Shown here: in pieces, positions 1-10,219 of the stretch
Layout of the letters: each line of letters starts with the position of its first letter
Position numbering within the stretch: position 1 is the stretch's first letter
Origin: an uncultured Methylomirabilota bacterium
Lineage (GTDB): Bacteria > Methylomirabilota > Methylomirabilia > Methylomirabilales > 2-02-FULL-66-22
NCBI GenBank assembly: GCA_963705305.1
Contig: OY970067.1
Location: 480,001 to 544,000, forward strand
Length of the DNA stretch: 64,000 bases
Reading direction: 5' to 3'
Notes under the pieces: model-generated
Database searches by the model: none
What the model was told of the DNA's origin: nothing
Seen by the model: only the letters and a program-made list of their open reading frames with translations
Position numbers and translations under genes: made by a program

Positions 1-256
1 AGGACCTGGAGCCGGGGGCGCGTCCCAGGATGCCTTGCGCATCCAATGGAGACATCTACTGCCGGGGGATCCGCTCCTGGCAAATAAATATGGACACTGC
101 CGCTCGGGGGGCAAGTCATTTGCCTCCCGAGAATTGGGCCCGCGGTAAAGGAGTCGCAGACGCCTTTGGGTGCTCCCCCAATTGGGTCCAAAGATAATTT
201 GGCAGTACGATGGGAGCACACTCCCGAACCCCTACTCTTCCGGAGGGCAGGAAACC

Positions 257-844
257 ATGACGGAACACACGATCGTCTACTTTGACAGGCCCGGCAAAGA
301 GAATACGGAGGCCGTGCTCCGCCTGGCCAACAAGCGGGCGCGGGAACTCGGGATCACAAAGATCCTTGTTGCCTCCACCAGCGGGGAGACGGCGGCCAAG
401 GCGATGGACGTCTTCACGGGGCTGCGGGTAATCATTGTCACCCTCGCCACGGGAGCGAGGACCCCGAACACGCAGGAATTCACGGAAACGAACCGGAAGA
501 TCGTCGAACGGCGCGGGGGCACCCTCCTGACGACGACCCACGCCCTCGGCGGGCTGGTGCGGGCGATGAATCAGGTGACGGGGCAACCGGGCCAAATCGG
601 GGCGGGGATCGACATCGTCGCGCAGACCTTGCGGGTGTTCGGGCAGGGGATGAAGGTGGTCTGCGAGATCGCGGCGATGGCGGCGGACGCCGGCCTCGTG
701 CGGACGGATGAGGACGTGATTGCCGTCGCCGGGACGGGCGCCGAAGGGCGCGGGGCCGATACCGCCGTCGTCTTGCAACCCGCCAATGCCCACCGATTCT
801 TCGACACCCGGGTCAAGGAGATTCTCTGCAAGCCCCGCCTCTAA
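257..844 (+). CDS. Pyruvate kinase C-terminal (alpha/beta)-domain-like protein
   Basis: Motifs YFDRPGKENT, VASTSGETA, LRVFGQGMKV, VKEILCKP typical of this stand-alone family; ATG at 257 after a purine-rich RBS. Confidence 0.75.
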   Translation: MTEHTIVYFDRPGKENTEAVLRLANKRARELGITKILVASTSGETAAKAMDVFTGLRVIIVTLATGARTPNTQEFTETNRKIVERRGGTLLTTTHALGGLVRAMNQVTGQPGQIGAGIDIVAQTLRVFGQGMKVVCEIAAMAADAGLVRTDEDVIAVAGTGAEGRGADTAVVLQPANAHRFFDTRVKEILCKPRL

Positions 845-995
845 CGGGAGGGCCGGGGGACGGGAGGTCGGGGGGAAGTTCGGGATGGGGATTCTCCCTC
901 GCGATTGGTCGTTTTGAGGCGTGCCGGAGGCGAAACGCACGGAACTCGGCTTACACGGCAAGGTGGCGGTCATCACTGGATTAGGGGACGTGGAT

Positions 996-2078
996 TAGGG
1001 GACGTTGCATTATCTGTCGAATCTCTTCATCGGCACCACCGCGGGATCGCGGCCTGCCAGTGGACAGCATGGTGGGCCCCCCGCCGGGCGGCCAGGCTGA
1101 CATTCCCCCGGGTCTGCCCGAGGGTGCGCGCGAGGGCACTCGCGGGGCGGCCGAGCACCTCCACCCAGACGTAGGCGAGGAGCTGCCGGGCGGTGACCGC
1201 CGCCCGGGTCTGGGTGTGCCCGAGGAGTACGGGGCAACGGACGCCCAGGGCGGCGGCGAGCCGGGCGGCCAGCGTCTCGAGGGGGACGCGGGAGAGCCCT
1301 CCCGGCGGCGCCCCGGTGGGGGCGGCCCCGAGGACCGCCGTGACGAACGGCCCGCTCCCGAGGATCCGCGCATCGGCCTCGACGCGGGCCCCCGGCCGGC
1401 GGGCTGCCCGGACCGCCTGCCAGCCCCCCAGGCTGCGGACCAGGCCCCCGCCCTGGAGCTCCGGGCGGTGCCCCTGGGGGAGGCCTTCTGCCACGAACTG
1501 GCGGTAGGCGGCGGGGGTCCGGGAATGGCTGGCGCCGAACTGGGCGAGCACGGTCGCCGTGTCCTGCCACGGGCGGGGGACGCTCCCGAGGAGGGCGCTG
1601 TGGCCGGTCCAGGGGTAGCGGGCCAGCGTCCGGAGGTCGGGGACGACCTGGGCCCGGATTGGGTTCAGGTGGAGGTAGCGGACCAGCTCCAGGAGGTACG
1701 GCTCTGCCTCCACGACGATGGATTTGTACCGGTTTTGGAAGAGGTGGCCCACCCGGCGGTGGCGCCGGTTGAAGGCGCCGGCGTACCCCGTGAGGAGGCT
1801 CCGCATGCTCCGGGGCAAGGGGCGCGAGCCCGTCCGGACCAGGAGGTGGGCGTGGTTCGGGAGGAGGGCCCAGGCGTAGACGGTGAGGGCCCCGCTCTCC
1901 GCGCGGGCGGCGAGCCGGGCGACGAAGTCGGCCCGGTCGGTGTCGTCCCGGAAGATCGTGGTCCGTTCGATCCCCCGCACCATCACGTGGTGGAGGGTTC
2001 CGGGGGCATCCAGCCGTGCTTGCCGCGGCATGACAACGGGATGGTAGCAAAATGTGACAGATAATGCAACGTCCCCTA
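996..2078 (-). mobile_element. Y1/HUH (RAYT-like) transposase element, copy 1, with 23-bp perfect TIRs
   Basis: TAGGGGACGTTGCATTATCTGTC at 996-1018 and its exact reverse complement at 2056-2078; second copy at 22026-23108. Confidence 0.9.
1027..2031 (-). CDS. Y1 HUH transposase (TnpA-REP/RAYT-like) with C-terminal HTH extension
   Basis: MPRQAR...HHVMVRG, AWALLPNHAHLL (HUH), GHLFQNRYKS, YLHLNP (catalytic Tyr region), YPWTGH. Confidence 0.9.
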   Translation of the reverse strand: MPRQARLDAPGTLHHVMVRGIERTTIFRDDTDRADFVARLAARAESGALTVYAWALLPNHAHLLVRTGSRPLPRSMRSLLTGYAGAFNRRHRRVGHLFQNRYKSIVVEAEPYLLELVRYLHLNPIRAQVVPDLRTLARYPWTGHSALLGSVPRPWQDTATVLAQFGASHSRTPAAYRQFVAEGLPQGHRPELQGGGLVRSLGGWQAVRAARRPGARVEADARILGSGPFVTAVLGAAPTGAPPGGLSRVPLETLAARLAAALGVRCPVLLGHTQTRAAVTARQLLAYVWVEVLGRPASALARTLGQTRGNVSLAARRGAHHAVHWQAAIPRWCR

Positions 2079-2099
2079 TTCTCATCCCCTATTCTAAAC

Positions 2100-2345
2100 G
2101 GCGCTGACCGGGGCCGAGAGCCGTGGGGTCACCCTGCGGGCGGAGCTGACCCCACTGGAGCAGGGCCAACCGACGGGCGTGGTTCAGTTGACTTCCGCCG
2201 TTCTTCAGCACCACCTGCAGGGCATCACCCAGAAACTCCAGAGCAGAGTCTCGAGGCAGGTCCGGGAGGCCGTCGACCAATCTGTCACCCAGATCGTGGT
2301 GGTCGCGGATGGGACGCTGATGCTCGGGGCCAAGCCAGAGCCTTC
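2100..2345 (+). pseudogene. Possible C-terminal relic of a large serine recombinase
   Basis: VREAVDQSVTQIVVVADGTLML resembles recombinase C-terminal tails; no N-terminus, abuts the transposon. Confidence 0.3.
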
Positions 2346-3170
2346 TGGTGGTGAATGGAACCCGAGGTTCTCAGGGCGGGCGGAGGGGGCGTCCGGGTCC
2401 GCACCGAGGGGCAGCTCGAGACTGTGCTTGCCACTGTGGAGCGCGAGCGGGGACGCCTGGCACTCATCGACGCGGTGGTTGATCGGATACCCCAGATGCG
2501 CTGAGGCAATTCGGGGAAGCCGGGGCCATGATCACCCGGCACTGGCCGCCGTCCCCGACCGGCCCGCGCTGAGCCCGGGAGGGTGGGAAACTCGGCCAAC
2601 TGACGCACGACGAGGAGTCCGAGGAACGGTCCGTCAGTCTTGGCCGCATGTGACATTCTGAACCAAGAGTTGTCAGAAGTATCCAACGGCGTGCGGTTCC
2701 ACAGAAACAAAGCGTTGGATTCTCCATTGGTCACCGGAACGGTCGGTACTGTCACACCCCAGCCCGGCGTCGTAGGTTCTCATCCGGACGCAAGACTCCA
2801 TACGACATCGTCTTCCGGGGCGTTCCTTGCGATTGCCCCAGCCCCGCCTCTTCCGGCACGGCGTATGCGTATGCTCGATCAGAGTAGCTGGTGGGACCGA
2901 TTGAATGCGAAGCCTGCCCGGGAGGGGCAACGGTAGGCCCAGAGGCGGTCGGGAGGGGTAAGGTCCCGGCGGTGTTGCGCCGGGCGGGGGAGAGGCATCC
3001 GAAAACGGGATGATGCGAGGAGTGTGCGCCGACCGCGACGCTCCTCTGGCTTCGCGGCGTCCGGTGGATTCCCGTGGGGTTCATGCCCAGCGGCCTGCCG
3101 CGAGGACCTTCATTCCGATGTGGCTGGGGGTTGCCCACGTGGCTGGGGCTACCCGAAAGGAGGGGGAAGC

Positions 3171-4523
3171 ATGAGCAAGGCACGGGAGAGAGTTGGCGAG
3201 TTGCTGCACCGCCATGTGAGCCGGCGGACGGTCCTCAAGGGAGGGATGGCCGGTCTCACTGCCGCTGCCCTGGGGAACCTGCCCAGACAGGCCTTCGCCG
3301 CCCAGGCGCCGGCTGTCATCAAGGGGACCAGCCTCTCCATCCTCCAGGGGACGTACTTCATCGGAGCCGCCCAGGATCTGTACAAGGAGCAGGCCCAGGA
3401 GTGGGGGAAGGCCAATGGGGTCACCATGAGCACCGAGTTCCTCAATTGGCCGGACCTCCAGCCGAAGATCGCGGCGGCTATCGAGGCCGGCGGGGTGGAC
3501 ATCGTGGAGCTGTGGCCGTCCTGGAACTGGCTCTACCGAGACAGCCTGGTGGATCTGACCGACATGGCCGAGGTGATCGGCAAGCGCAACGGGGGCTACG
3601 AACCCTACGTCCTGAACTCGGCCCGAGTGGATGGCCGGTACCTGGGGATCCCCGACGGGCAGTCCAATACCGGGGTCAACTACCGCATCAGTTGGTTCAA
3701 GGAGGCCGGGGTTGCCAATGCGGAGGACGGGCGGAAGCTGGACATGACCTGGGACCAGTACCACGCCGTCGCCAAGAAGTGCAAAGCGGCCGGACACCCC
3801 TTCGGCCAGGCCCTGGGCCACAGCACGGGGGATCCCCCGAATTTCTGCTACGCCTACATGTGGTCCTACGGAGCCATGGAAGTGGCCAAGGACGGCAAGA
3901 CGGTCCGGTTCAACCAGCCGGAGTTCGTGGATGGGATGAAGCGATTCATTCAGGCGTGGAAGGACGGCTACGACGAAACCGGCACCTCCTGGGACGACAG
4001 CAGCAACAACCGGGCCTTCCTGGCAGGGCAGATTGCGGCTACCATCAACGGCTCAAGCATTTACACCGTGGCCAAGAAGGACCAGCCGGCGATCGCACAG
4101 GACATGAACCACATGCTGTACCCCAAGGGACCGGCCGGCCGGTTCTACTGGCTTGGCAGCCGGACCTTCGCCATCCTGAAGAGCTCCAAGAACATCCCGG
4201 CCGCGAAGGCGTTCTTGCAGTGGTGGTTCGAGGATCCGCAGTACGGGGCGTGGTTCCACCTCCAGGGAGGTTACCAGTTGCAGGCGACCGTCAAGTACGC
4301 GAAGGACCCCATGTGGGAAAAGGACCCCAAGATGACGGTCTTCCGCGACCAGCCGAAGTACGGCCGGGACCTGGGCTATGCGGGCCCGCCGAACGCGAAA
4401 GCGTCGCTCGCCTACTCCAAGTACGTCATCGTGGACACCTTCGCCCGGGCGGTGCAGTCCGGTGACGCCGCGGCGGCCATCAAGTGGGGGACCGAGCAGC
4501 TCCGGCAAATCTACGAGAGCTAG
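3171..4523 (+). CDS. Carbohydrate ABC transporter substrate-binding protein, Tat-exported
   Basis: SRRTVLKG twin-arginine signal, WDDSSNNRAFLAGQ motif, GGAGG RBS; no adjacent permease. Confidence 0.85.
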   Translation: MSKARERVGELLHRHVSRRTVLKGGMAGLTAAALGNLPRQAFAAQAPAVIKGTSLSILQGTYFIGAAQDLYKEQAQEWGKANGVTMSTEFLNWPDLQPKIAAAIEAGGVDIVELWPSWNWLYRDSLVDLTDMAEVIGKRNGGYEPYVLNSARVDGRYLGIPDGQSNTGVNYRISWFKEAGVANAEDGRKLDMTWDQYHAVAKKCKAAGHPFGQALGHSTGDPPNFCYAYMWSYGAMEVAKDGKTVRFNQPEFVDGMKRFIQAWKDGYDETGTSWDDSSNNRAFLAGQIAATINGSSIYTVAKKDQPAIAQDMNHMLYPKGPAGRFYWLGSRTFAILKSSKNIPAAKAFLQWWFEDPQYGAWFHLQGGYQLQATVKYAKDPMWEKDPKMTVFRDQPKYGRDLGYAGPPNAKASLAYSKYVIVDTFARAVQSGDAAAAIKWGTEQLRQIYES

Positions 4524-4801
4524 GGCCGCTCGGATGCAGTGCGGGGGGCTCTACCTCAGCGCCAGCCAGGTGGCCCGCAACCGCGGGACGATCCTTCGGG
4601 CGCAGGCGCCCGCAATGCTTCCCCAGGGATAGCCGCATGAGAGAGGCGGGGCTGGCCGCCGCTTCCCACGCGATGACGCCGGCCATGGCCGGCGGATGTT
4701 GTGTTCGTGGCCCATCTCTGCCGGTCTCGCGCCGTGGAGAGGAACAGGGGCCCTAGCCACCATTCACCCGGGAGCGCACGCCCCCACAGGGAGGTGACCT
4801 C

Positions 4802-5371
4802 ATGACTCGCCCCTTTACCAGGATGATGATGTGTGTGGTGCCGGCTCTTACGGCCCTCGCGGTTGCCGCGTGTAGCCAGCACTCAGGAACATCCGCCGCC
4901 GCCAGCGCGCAGCCCGTCGAGAAGACCTTCACCTTGACGTCAAGCAATGCACCGATGAAGGTGGATTTCTTGACAGGCCAACTGCAGGACCTCACCGTTA
5001 CGGAGCGGGTGGATCCCAAGACCGGCACCGTGGTGGATCTACCGAAACTGCAAGGAACCCTGAAGCTCAAGAACGTTTCTGCGGACCAGTCGGCCCGGCT
5101 GATCGGGGGGAAGCTCTTGTTCCTGGATGCCAAGGGGCAGCCGATTCCGATCGCCAAGGATCGGAGCGACACGAGCTTCACCTTTAGCTCGTTCGAAACG
5201 CAACGGCTCGATCCAGGTCAGGAGACCTCGCAGACGATTGATGTTCCCTTCCCGAGGAGCGCTCTCAAGGCCAACGATCTCCAGACGGTGCGCCTGGACA
5301 TGACCTATGTCCCCAGCACATATCGGGAGCAGACGATCAGCTATGCCGTCTCTTTGAAGGGGCAGGGATAG
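4802..5371 (+). CDS. Hypothetical lipoprotein
   Basis: Lipobox LAVAAC, GGAGG RBS, beta-rich body. Confidence 0.7.
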   Translation: MTRPFTRMMMCVVPALTALAVAACSQHSGTSAAASAQPVEKTFTLTSSNAPMKVDFLTGQLQDLTVTERVDPKTGTVVDLPKLQGTLKLKNVSADQSARLIGGKLLFLDAKGQPIPIAKDRSDTSFTFSSFETQRLDPGQETSQTIDVPFPRSALKANDLQTVRLDMTYVPSTYREQTISYAVSLKGQG

Positions 5372-5894
5372 AAGGATGGACTTGGGCGCGGCGGCTTTTC
5401 GTCGCCCAAGGGGACCCCATGACAGTTAGGCCGTGGGGTCCCGGTCGCGAACGAGGGGGGACCTCGACTCGGCGCACCGTTGTTCAGATTTGAAGCCGGA
5501 AGATTTGAAGCCGGAAGAGAAGAAGGGAACACCTCACGTGCGGGAGAGTTGTTGCGCGCCATTCCGACCGCCACAATAACCGTGGCCAGCATCGCGGCGT
5601 TCGAGGGGGGCGAAGCCAGAAGAAGGCGAGGAACCCCGTTCAAGAACACTGGATCGAGGTCTTGTGGATCAGACACGCTCCTGACACCCGGCCCAGGACA
5701 ATACCGTGCTCCCGTGGCCGTTGGTGCCGTGAGCTCGGGTCTCCCGACTCTGCACAGGAGGTCAGACATGACAACGCCTGGCCACAGGTGCTCATTCGGT
5801 AGAACTGTCGGCGACAGCAAACGCGGGCACGGGCTACCCGGCGAGGGCGGTGATGAGCATGAGGACTGCGGCTAGGACCTGGGTGCTGTCTCTT

Positions 5895-6135
5895 TGTGCT
5901 ACCGGGAACACGGGTGACACTGGCATACCCGCGGATGATGTGGTCCCGTTCGTCGATCCGGCCCAACAGGACCTGGCAGAAGTAGATCGACCAGATGCCA
6001 TCGGCGGCCTCCTCAAAGCTGATGGGGAGTTGCTTGAGGGGCTTGGCAATGAACACAAGCCGCTTCCCGACCCCGACTGTCCCGGCGTTGGTGACGCGCT
6101 TGAAGATGAAGTGGCCGGGACACTCGACTGGCGGC
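5895..6135 (-). pseudogene. IS481-family transposase 3' relic with terminal repeat
   Basis: KRVTNAGTV...FEEAADGIWSIYF..LLGRIDER followed by TG-ended end TGTGCTACCGGGAACACGGGTGACA. Confidence 0.6.
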
Positions 6136-6309
6136 AGGACGGGCGGATGGTGGCGACGCTTTGGAGGGGCTTTTCGAAGGGGCACGGTCCCCGAGGATCG
6201 CGGCGAGCCCCGTTTGGTTGAAGAAGCCAGCCGGGCCTCGCCGGTGGAGACAGGAGATGGATGCGGAGGGAAAACTAGCAGTGGGCACATCGGACTGCCT
6301 GCCCGTCTG

Positions 6310-6570
6310 TCTGTGCCGGGCGTGCTCTCGGCGGGGATCTTCTGCTTCACCCTCTGCTGGAACGAGTTCCTCTACGCCCTGCTCATCATATCCTCCGGCG
6401 ACATGAAGACCATCCCGGTCGGGGTGGTGAGCGACCTGATCAAGGCCGACGTCCTGTTCTGGGGCTCGCTGATGGCGGCGGCGGTCCTGGGCTCGCTCCC
6501 CCTCGCCGTCCTGTACTCTTTCTTCGTGAAGTACTCCGTCTCGCGCCTGATCGCTGGAGCGGGGAAGGCC
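6310..6570 (+). pseudogene. Carbohydrate ABC permease C-terminal fragment
   Basis: PGVLSAGIFCFTLCWNEFLYAL...WGSLMAAAVLGSLP; N-terminal half absent. Confidence 0.75.
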
Positions 6571-6593
6571 GCACTTGGGTGGACGGTGCCGAT

Positions 6594-8981
6594 ATGGATA
6601 CCAGCACGGGGAATAATGCGGTGAAGGAAGAAAGCCGATCCGCAGCTGGAGTGGCCCACCCCGCCGACTCGCGCGGCCTGTCAAACGCAGAAGCCCGAGG
6701 GCGGCTGGCAACATACGGGGCCAATGAGATCCCGGAAACCAAGCCGAATCCGCTCGTGGTGTTCCTCCGGAAGTTCTGGGACCCGGTGCCCTGGATGCTG
6801 GAAGCCACGATCGCGCTGGAAGTGCTGCTGGGGCACGACGCGGAGGCTGTGATCATCGGCTTCCTGTTGGCCTTCAATGCGGCCGTCAGCTTGGTGCAAG
6901 AGGGGCGCGCCGGGAAGGCGCTGGCGCTGCTGCGCAGCCAGCTGGTTGTCCAGGCCCGGGCCATGCGCGACGGGCAGTGGCGCCTGCTGCCTGCGCGCGA
7001 ACTGGTGCCCGGTGACTTCGTCCACGTCCGCATGGGGGATCTGGTCCCGGCGGACGTGCGTGTGCTCGAAGGCACGATTCTGGCGGATCAATCGGCGCTG
7101 ACCGGCGAATCGTTGCCCGTGGACGACGGGCCTGGCGCGACGGCCTACGCGGGCGCGGTGGTCCGGCGGGGCGAGGCCAGCGGCGAAGTCCTGGCGACCG
7201 GATCGCGCACGTTTTTCGGCAGGACCGCCGAACTCGTGGGAAAGGCCGCCACGAAGAGCCACCTGCAGACGATCATCTTCCAGATCGTGAAATACCTGGT
7301 GCTGGTGGACGCCGTGCTGGTGCTCGGCCTTTTCGCCTATGCCGTCGGGACCGGGATGCCGCTTGGGGACGTCCTCCCGTTCGGGCTGGTCCTCCTGGTC
7401 GCCTCGGTCCCGGTTGCCCTGCCCGCCACGTTCACGCTGGCGGCAGCATTGGGCTCGCAGGAGCTGGCGGAATCGGGCGTGCTGGTGGCGAGGCTCTCCG
7501 CCATCGAAGAGGCCGCCGCCATGGATGTGCTGTGCAGCGATAAGACCGGGACACTCACTCAGAATCGCCTCGCGCTGGCCGGGACGCATCTGTACCGGGC
7601 GCATGAAGATGATCTGCTGGGCTGGGCGGCGGCTGCCAGTGATGCGGCCACCCAGGATCCGATCGATCTCGCCATTCTGGAGGCCGCCCACTCCCGGGCT
7701 GGGTCGATTCCCACAGTGGCGCGGCTGGCCTTCACACCGTTCGATCCCGCCAGCAAGCTCTGCGAGGCCACCGTGCAGGGAGCGGACGGCGCCATCCATG
7801 TGATTAAGGGGGCGCCCAACGCCGTCGCCGCGCGGGCGCAGCCCATTCCCACGCTGGCGGAAGATGTCGAGCGCCTGGCATCAGGCGGATACCGCGTCCT
7901 CGCGGTCGCGGCGGGAGCGGAAGACCGAATCGAAATGATCGGCCTGCTGGCTCTCGAGGATCCGCCGCGGGAGGACTCCCGCACGCTCATCCAGGACTTG
8001 CAGAGCCTGGGGGTGCGCGTCCGCATGGTGACCGGCGATGGGTTGCCAACGGCAGAATCTATCGCCGCCCGACTTGGGATTGAGGGCCCCGCAGGCCGGG
8101 CGGAAGAGATTCGGCAGAGCCAGGCCAAGGGAGTAGATCGGTACGCAGTCTTTGCCGAGGTGCTGCCGGAGGACAAATTCCATCTGGTCGAGGGGCTGCA
8201 GGGCACCCGCCATATCGTTGGGATGACCGGCGATGGGGTGAACGACGCGCCGGCACTGAAGCAAGCAGAAGTGGGCATTGCCGTGTCGGGAGCGACGGAT
8301 GTCGCGAAGGCCGCCGCCAGCCTCGTCCTGACGACGCCGGGTCTGGGCGGCATCGTGCGTGCCGTGGAGGCGAGCCGCCGGATCTACCAGCGCATGCTCA
8401 CCTACACCTTGAACAAGATCATCAAGACGGTCGAGATCGCGCTCTTTGTGAGCATCGGGGTGGTCGCGACCGGGCACCTCATCATCACCCCGCTCCTGAT
8501 CGTCCTCCTGCTGTTCACGAACGACTTCGTCACCATGTCGATCGCAACCGACCGCGTGTCGTTCTCGCGCACGCCTGACCGCTGGCCCGTGGGCCGGCTG
8601 GTCGCGGCCGGACTGCTGCTCGGCAGCCTCATCCTCGTGTTCTCGTTGACCGTGTTCGGTGTTGGCAGGTTCTCCCTGCACCTTCCGCTCGCGCGACTGC
8701 AGACGGTTGTCTTCATCACCCTGGTGTTCACCGGTCAAGCCACGGTCTACCTGGTGCGCGAGCGGAGACACTTCTGGCATTCGCTTCCCAGCCGGTGGAT
8801 GCTGCTGGCGTCGGTGCTGGACCTCTGCATTGTCGCGCTGCTCGCCACCGATGGGATCCTCATGGCTGCGATTCCGCTGACCCTCGTCCTCACAATCCTC
8901 GCATGCTGCGCCGTGTTCTTCTTCGGCCTGGACGCCCTCAAAGCCCGAGTTTTGAAACACACGATAGGGGTCTCCAGTTGA
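6594..8981 (+). CDS. Plasma-membrane-type proton-efflux P-type ATPase (P3A)
   Basis: DQSALTGES, LCSDKTGTLTQN, KGAP, GMTGDGVNDAPALKQA, VPVALPAT, FTNDFVTMSIATD. Confidence 0.9.
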   Translation: MDTSTGNNAVKEESRSAAGVAHPADSRGLSNAEARGRLATYGANEIPETKPNPLVVFLRKFWDPVPWMLEATIALEVLLGHDAEAVIIGFLLAFNAAVSLVQEGRAGKALALLRSQLVVQARAMRDGQWRLLPARELVPGDFVHVRMGDLVPADVRVLEGTILADQSALTGESLPVDDGPGATAYAGAVVRRGEASGEVLATGSRTFFGRTAELVGKAATKSHLQTIIFQIVKYLVLVDAVLVLGLFAYAVGTGMPLGDVLPFGLVLLVASVPVALPATFTLAAALGSQELAESGVLVARLSAIEEAAAMDVLCSDKTGTLTQNRLALAGTHLYRAHEDDLLGWAAAASDAATQDPIDLAILEAAHSRAGSIPTVARLAFTPFDPASKLCEATVQGADGAIHVIKGAPNAVAARAQPIPTLAEDVERLASGGYRVLAVAAGAEDRIEMIGLLALEDPPREDSRTLIQDLQSLGVRVRMVTGDGLPTAESIAARLGIEGPAGRAEEIRQSQAKGVDRYAVFAEVLPEDKFHLVEGLQGTRHIVGMTGDGVNDAPALKQAEVGIAVSGATDVAKAAASLVLTTPGLGGIVRAVEASRRIYQRMLTYTLNKIIKTVEIALFVSIGVVATGHLIITPLLIVLLLFTNDFVTMSIATDRVSFSRTPDRWPVGRLVAAGLLLGSLILVFSLTVFGVGRFSLHLPLARLQTVVFITLVFTGQATVYLVRERRHFWHSLPSRWMLLASVLDLCIVALLATDGILMAAIPLTLVLTILACCAVFFFGLDALKARVLKHTIGVSS

Positions 8982-9648
8982 CTCGGACAGCTCCCCCCCA
9001 GCATATGACGACCACGGCGTACTCTGTCGGCTCCCCCGGCAGTGTGAGGTCGCCTTTCTTGCGGCAGTGGTCTCGGGAGGTTCGGTTCCGGCTACACCGG
9101 CGCGGCGGGGGATGCTGTCCACGCGGGTCGGTGGCGACGCCCTCCGGTTCTGCTCCAGCAGGCGGTGGCCGTCGAACTCCCGTCGTACACCTTGATGGTC
9201 AACCATGCGCGAGCCAGGAGGCCAACGGACCATTAGCTACAGCGGCTAAGCTCACTATCGATGGCTGCGTTAGCTCCATATGCGCGGTCTTGGGAGGACC
9301 CCACCATGGATTCATGGATCCGCGCCAGAGCCTCTCCCGCGTGTCCGAGCGGGGCGGCCCATGGGTGCGGCTGACCGCGGATGGGCCCCGCACGAGTGTG
9401 GGCGTGCCGCACACTCTGTCCGCAGGCTCCTCCGTGGCATATACTAGACCCGAGGGAGCGGTAGGGCCTGGCGGCGCCGGGCGGGCGGAGTCGTCTTGCC
9501 GCCCTGGGGATGCCGCTGGGGCGGCCGCCAGGGATCCGGGTGGCAAGAGCGGCCGGCACCCTCCATGGCACCGATTGAGGAAGCGGCATTCCCCCCGTGG
9601 CTGATCTGGTTCGTGGAGGGTCCGGGGGGAGACCGAAGGAGATGGGAA

Positions 9649-10092
9649 ATGCGGAAGATGCGGACGGGGCTTCTGGCTACCGTCCTGCTGATGATTGTCC
9701 TCCTGCTGGTCCCGCCCCCGCTGGCGGTCGCCCGGGAGGCCGGGGGCTTTCACGGGCACGCGGGCGCTGGGGTGGGCCACGCCTGGGGTGGCTGGCATGG
9801 GCGGCGAGGCTTTCACGGGCACGGTGGAGGCAGCGGGGTTATCGTCCTCGGGCCCGACCTCTGGGGGAATGCTCCGTGGTGGTGGGCGCCTCCCTACCCG
9901 GACGACACCTCCCCCGACTACACAGCCCCACCCGTGGTCGTCCAGCCCTCCCCGCCGGCCTACTGGTACTACTGCCCGGAGGCCCGAGCGTACTACCCGT
10001 ACGTCCAGCACTGCCCCTCCGGCTGGTTGACCGTCGTCCCGCCCACGGCCGCGGCCCCGAGCGGTCCGACGCCGTCCCTACCGCCGAGCTGA
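9649..10092 (+). CDS. Secreted Gly/His/Pro-rich protein
   Basis: Signal peptide and conserved YWYYC...YYPYVQHCPSGW motif. Confidence 0.75.
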   Translation: MRKMRTGLLATVLLMIVLLLVPPPLAVAREAGGFHGHAGAGVGHAWGGWHGRRGFHGHGGGSGVIVLGPDLWGNAPWWWAPPYPDDTSPDYTAPPVVVQPSPPAYWYYCPEARAYYPYVQHCPSGWLTVVPPTAAAPSGPTPSLPPS

Positions 10093-10219
10093 GGGGGGGT
10101 TGTTGACCACTCTGGCTCCCGGATCGGGGGGCTTCGAGTAACTCCGGCGGCGACGGAGTGTAAAGGAGGAGCCAGTTGGCCCTGGCGCAGGTCACGGTCG
10201 CCCGGTGCCTTGACAGCCG

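Noticed and set aside
5486..5518. AGATTTGAAGCCGGA x2 tandem repeat
   Set aside because: Two units with no spacer; simple slippage duplication
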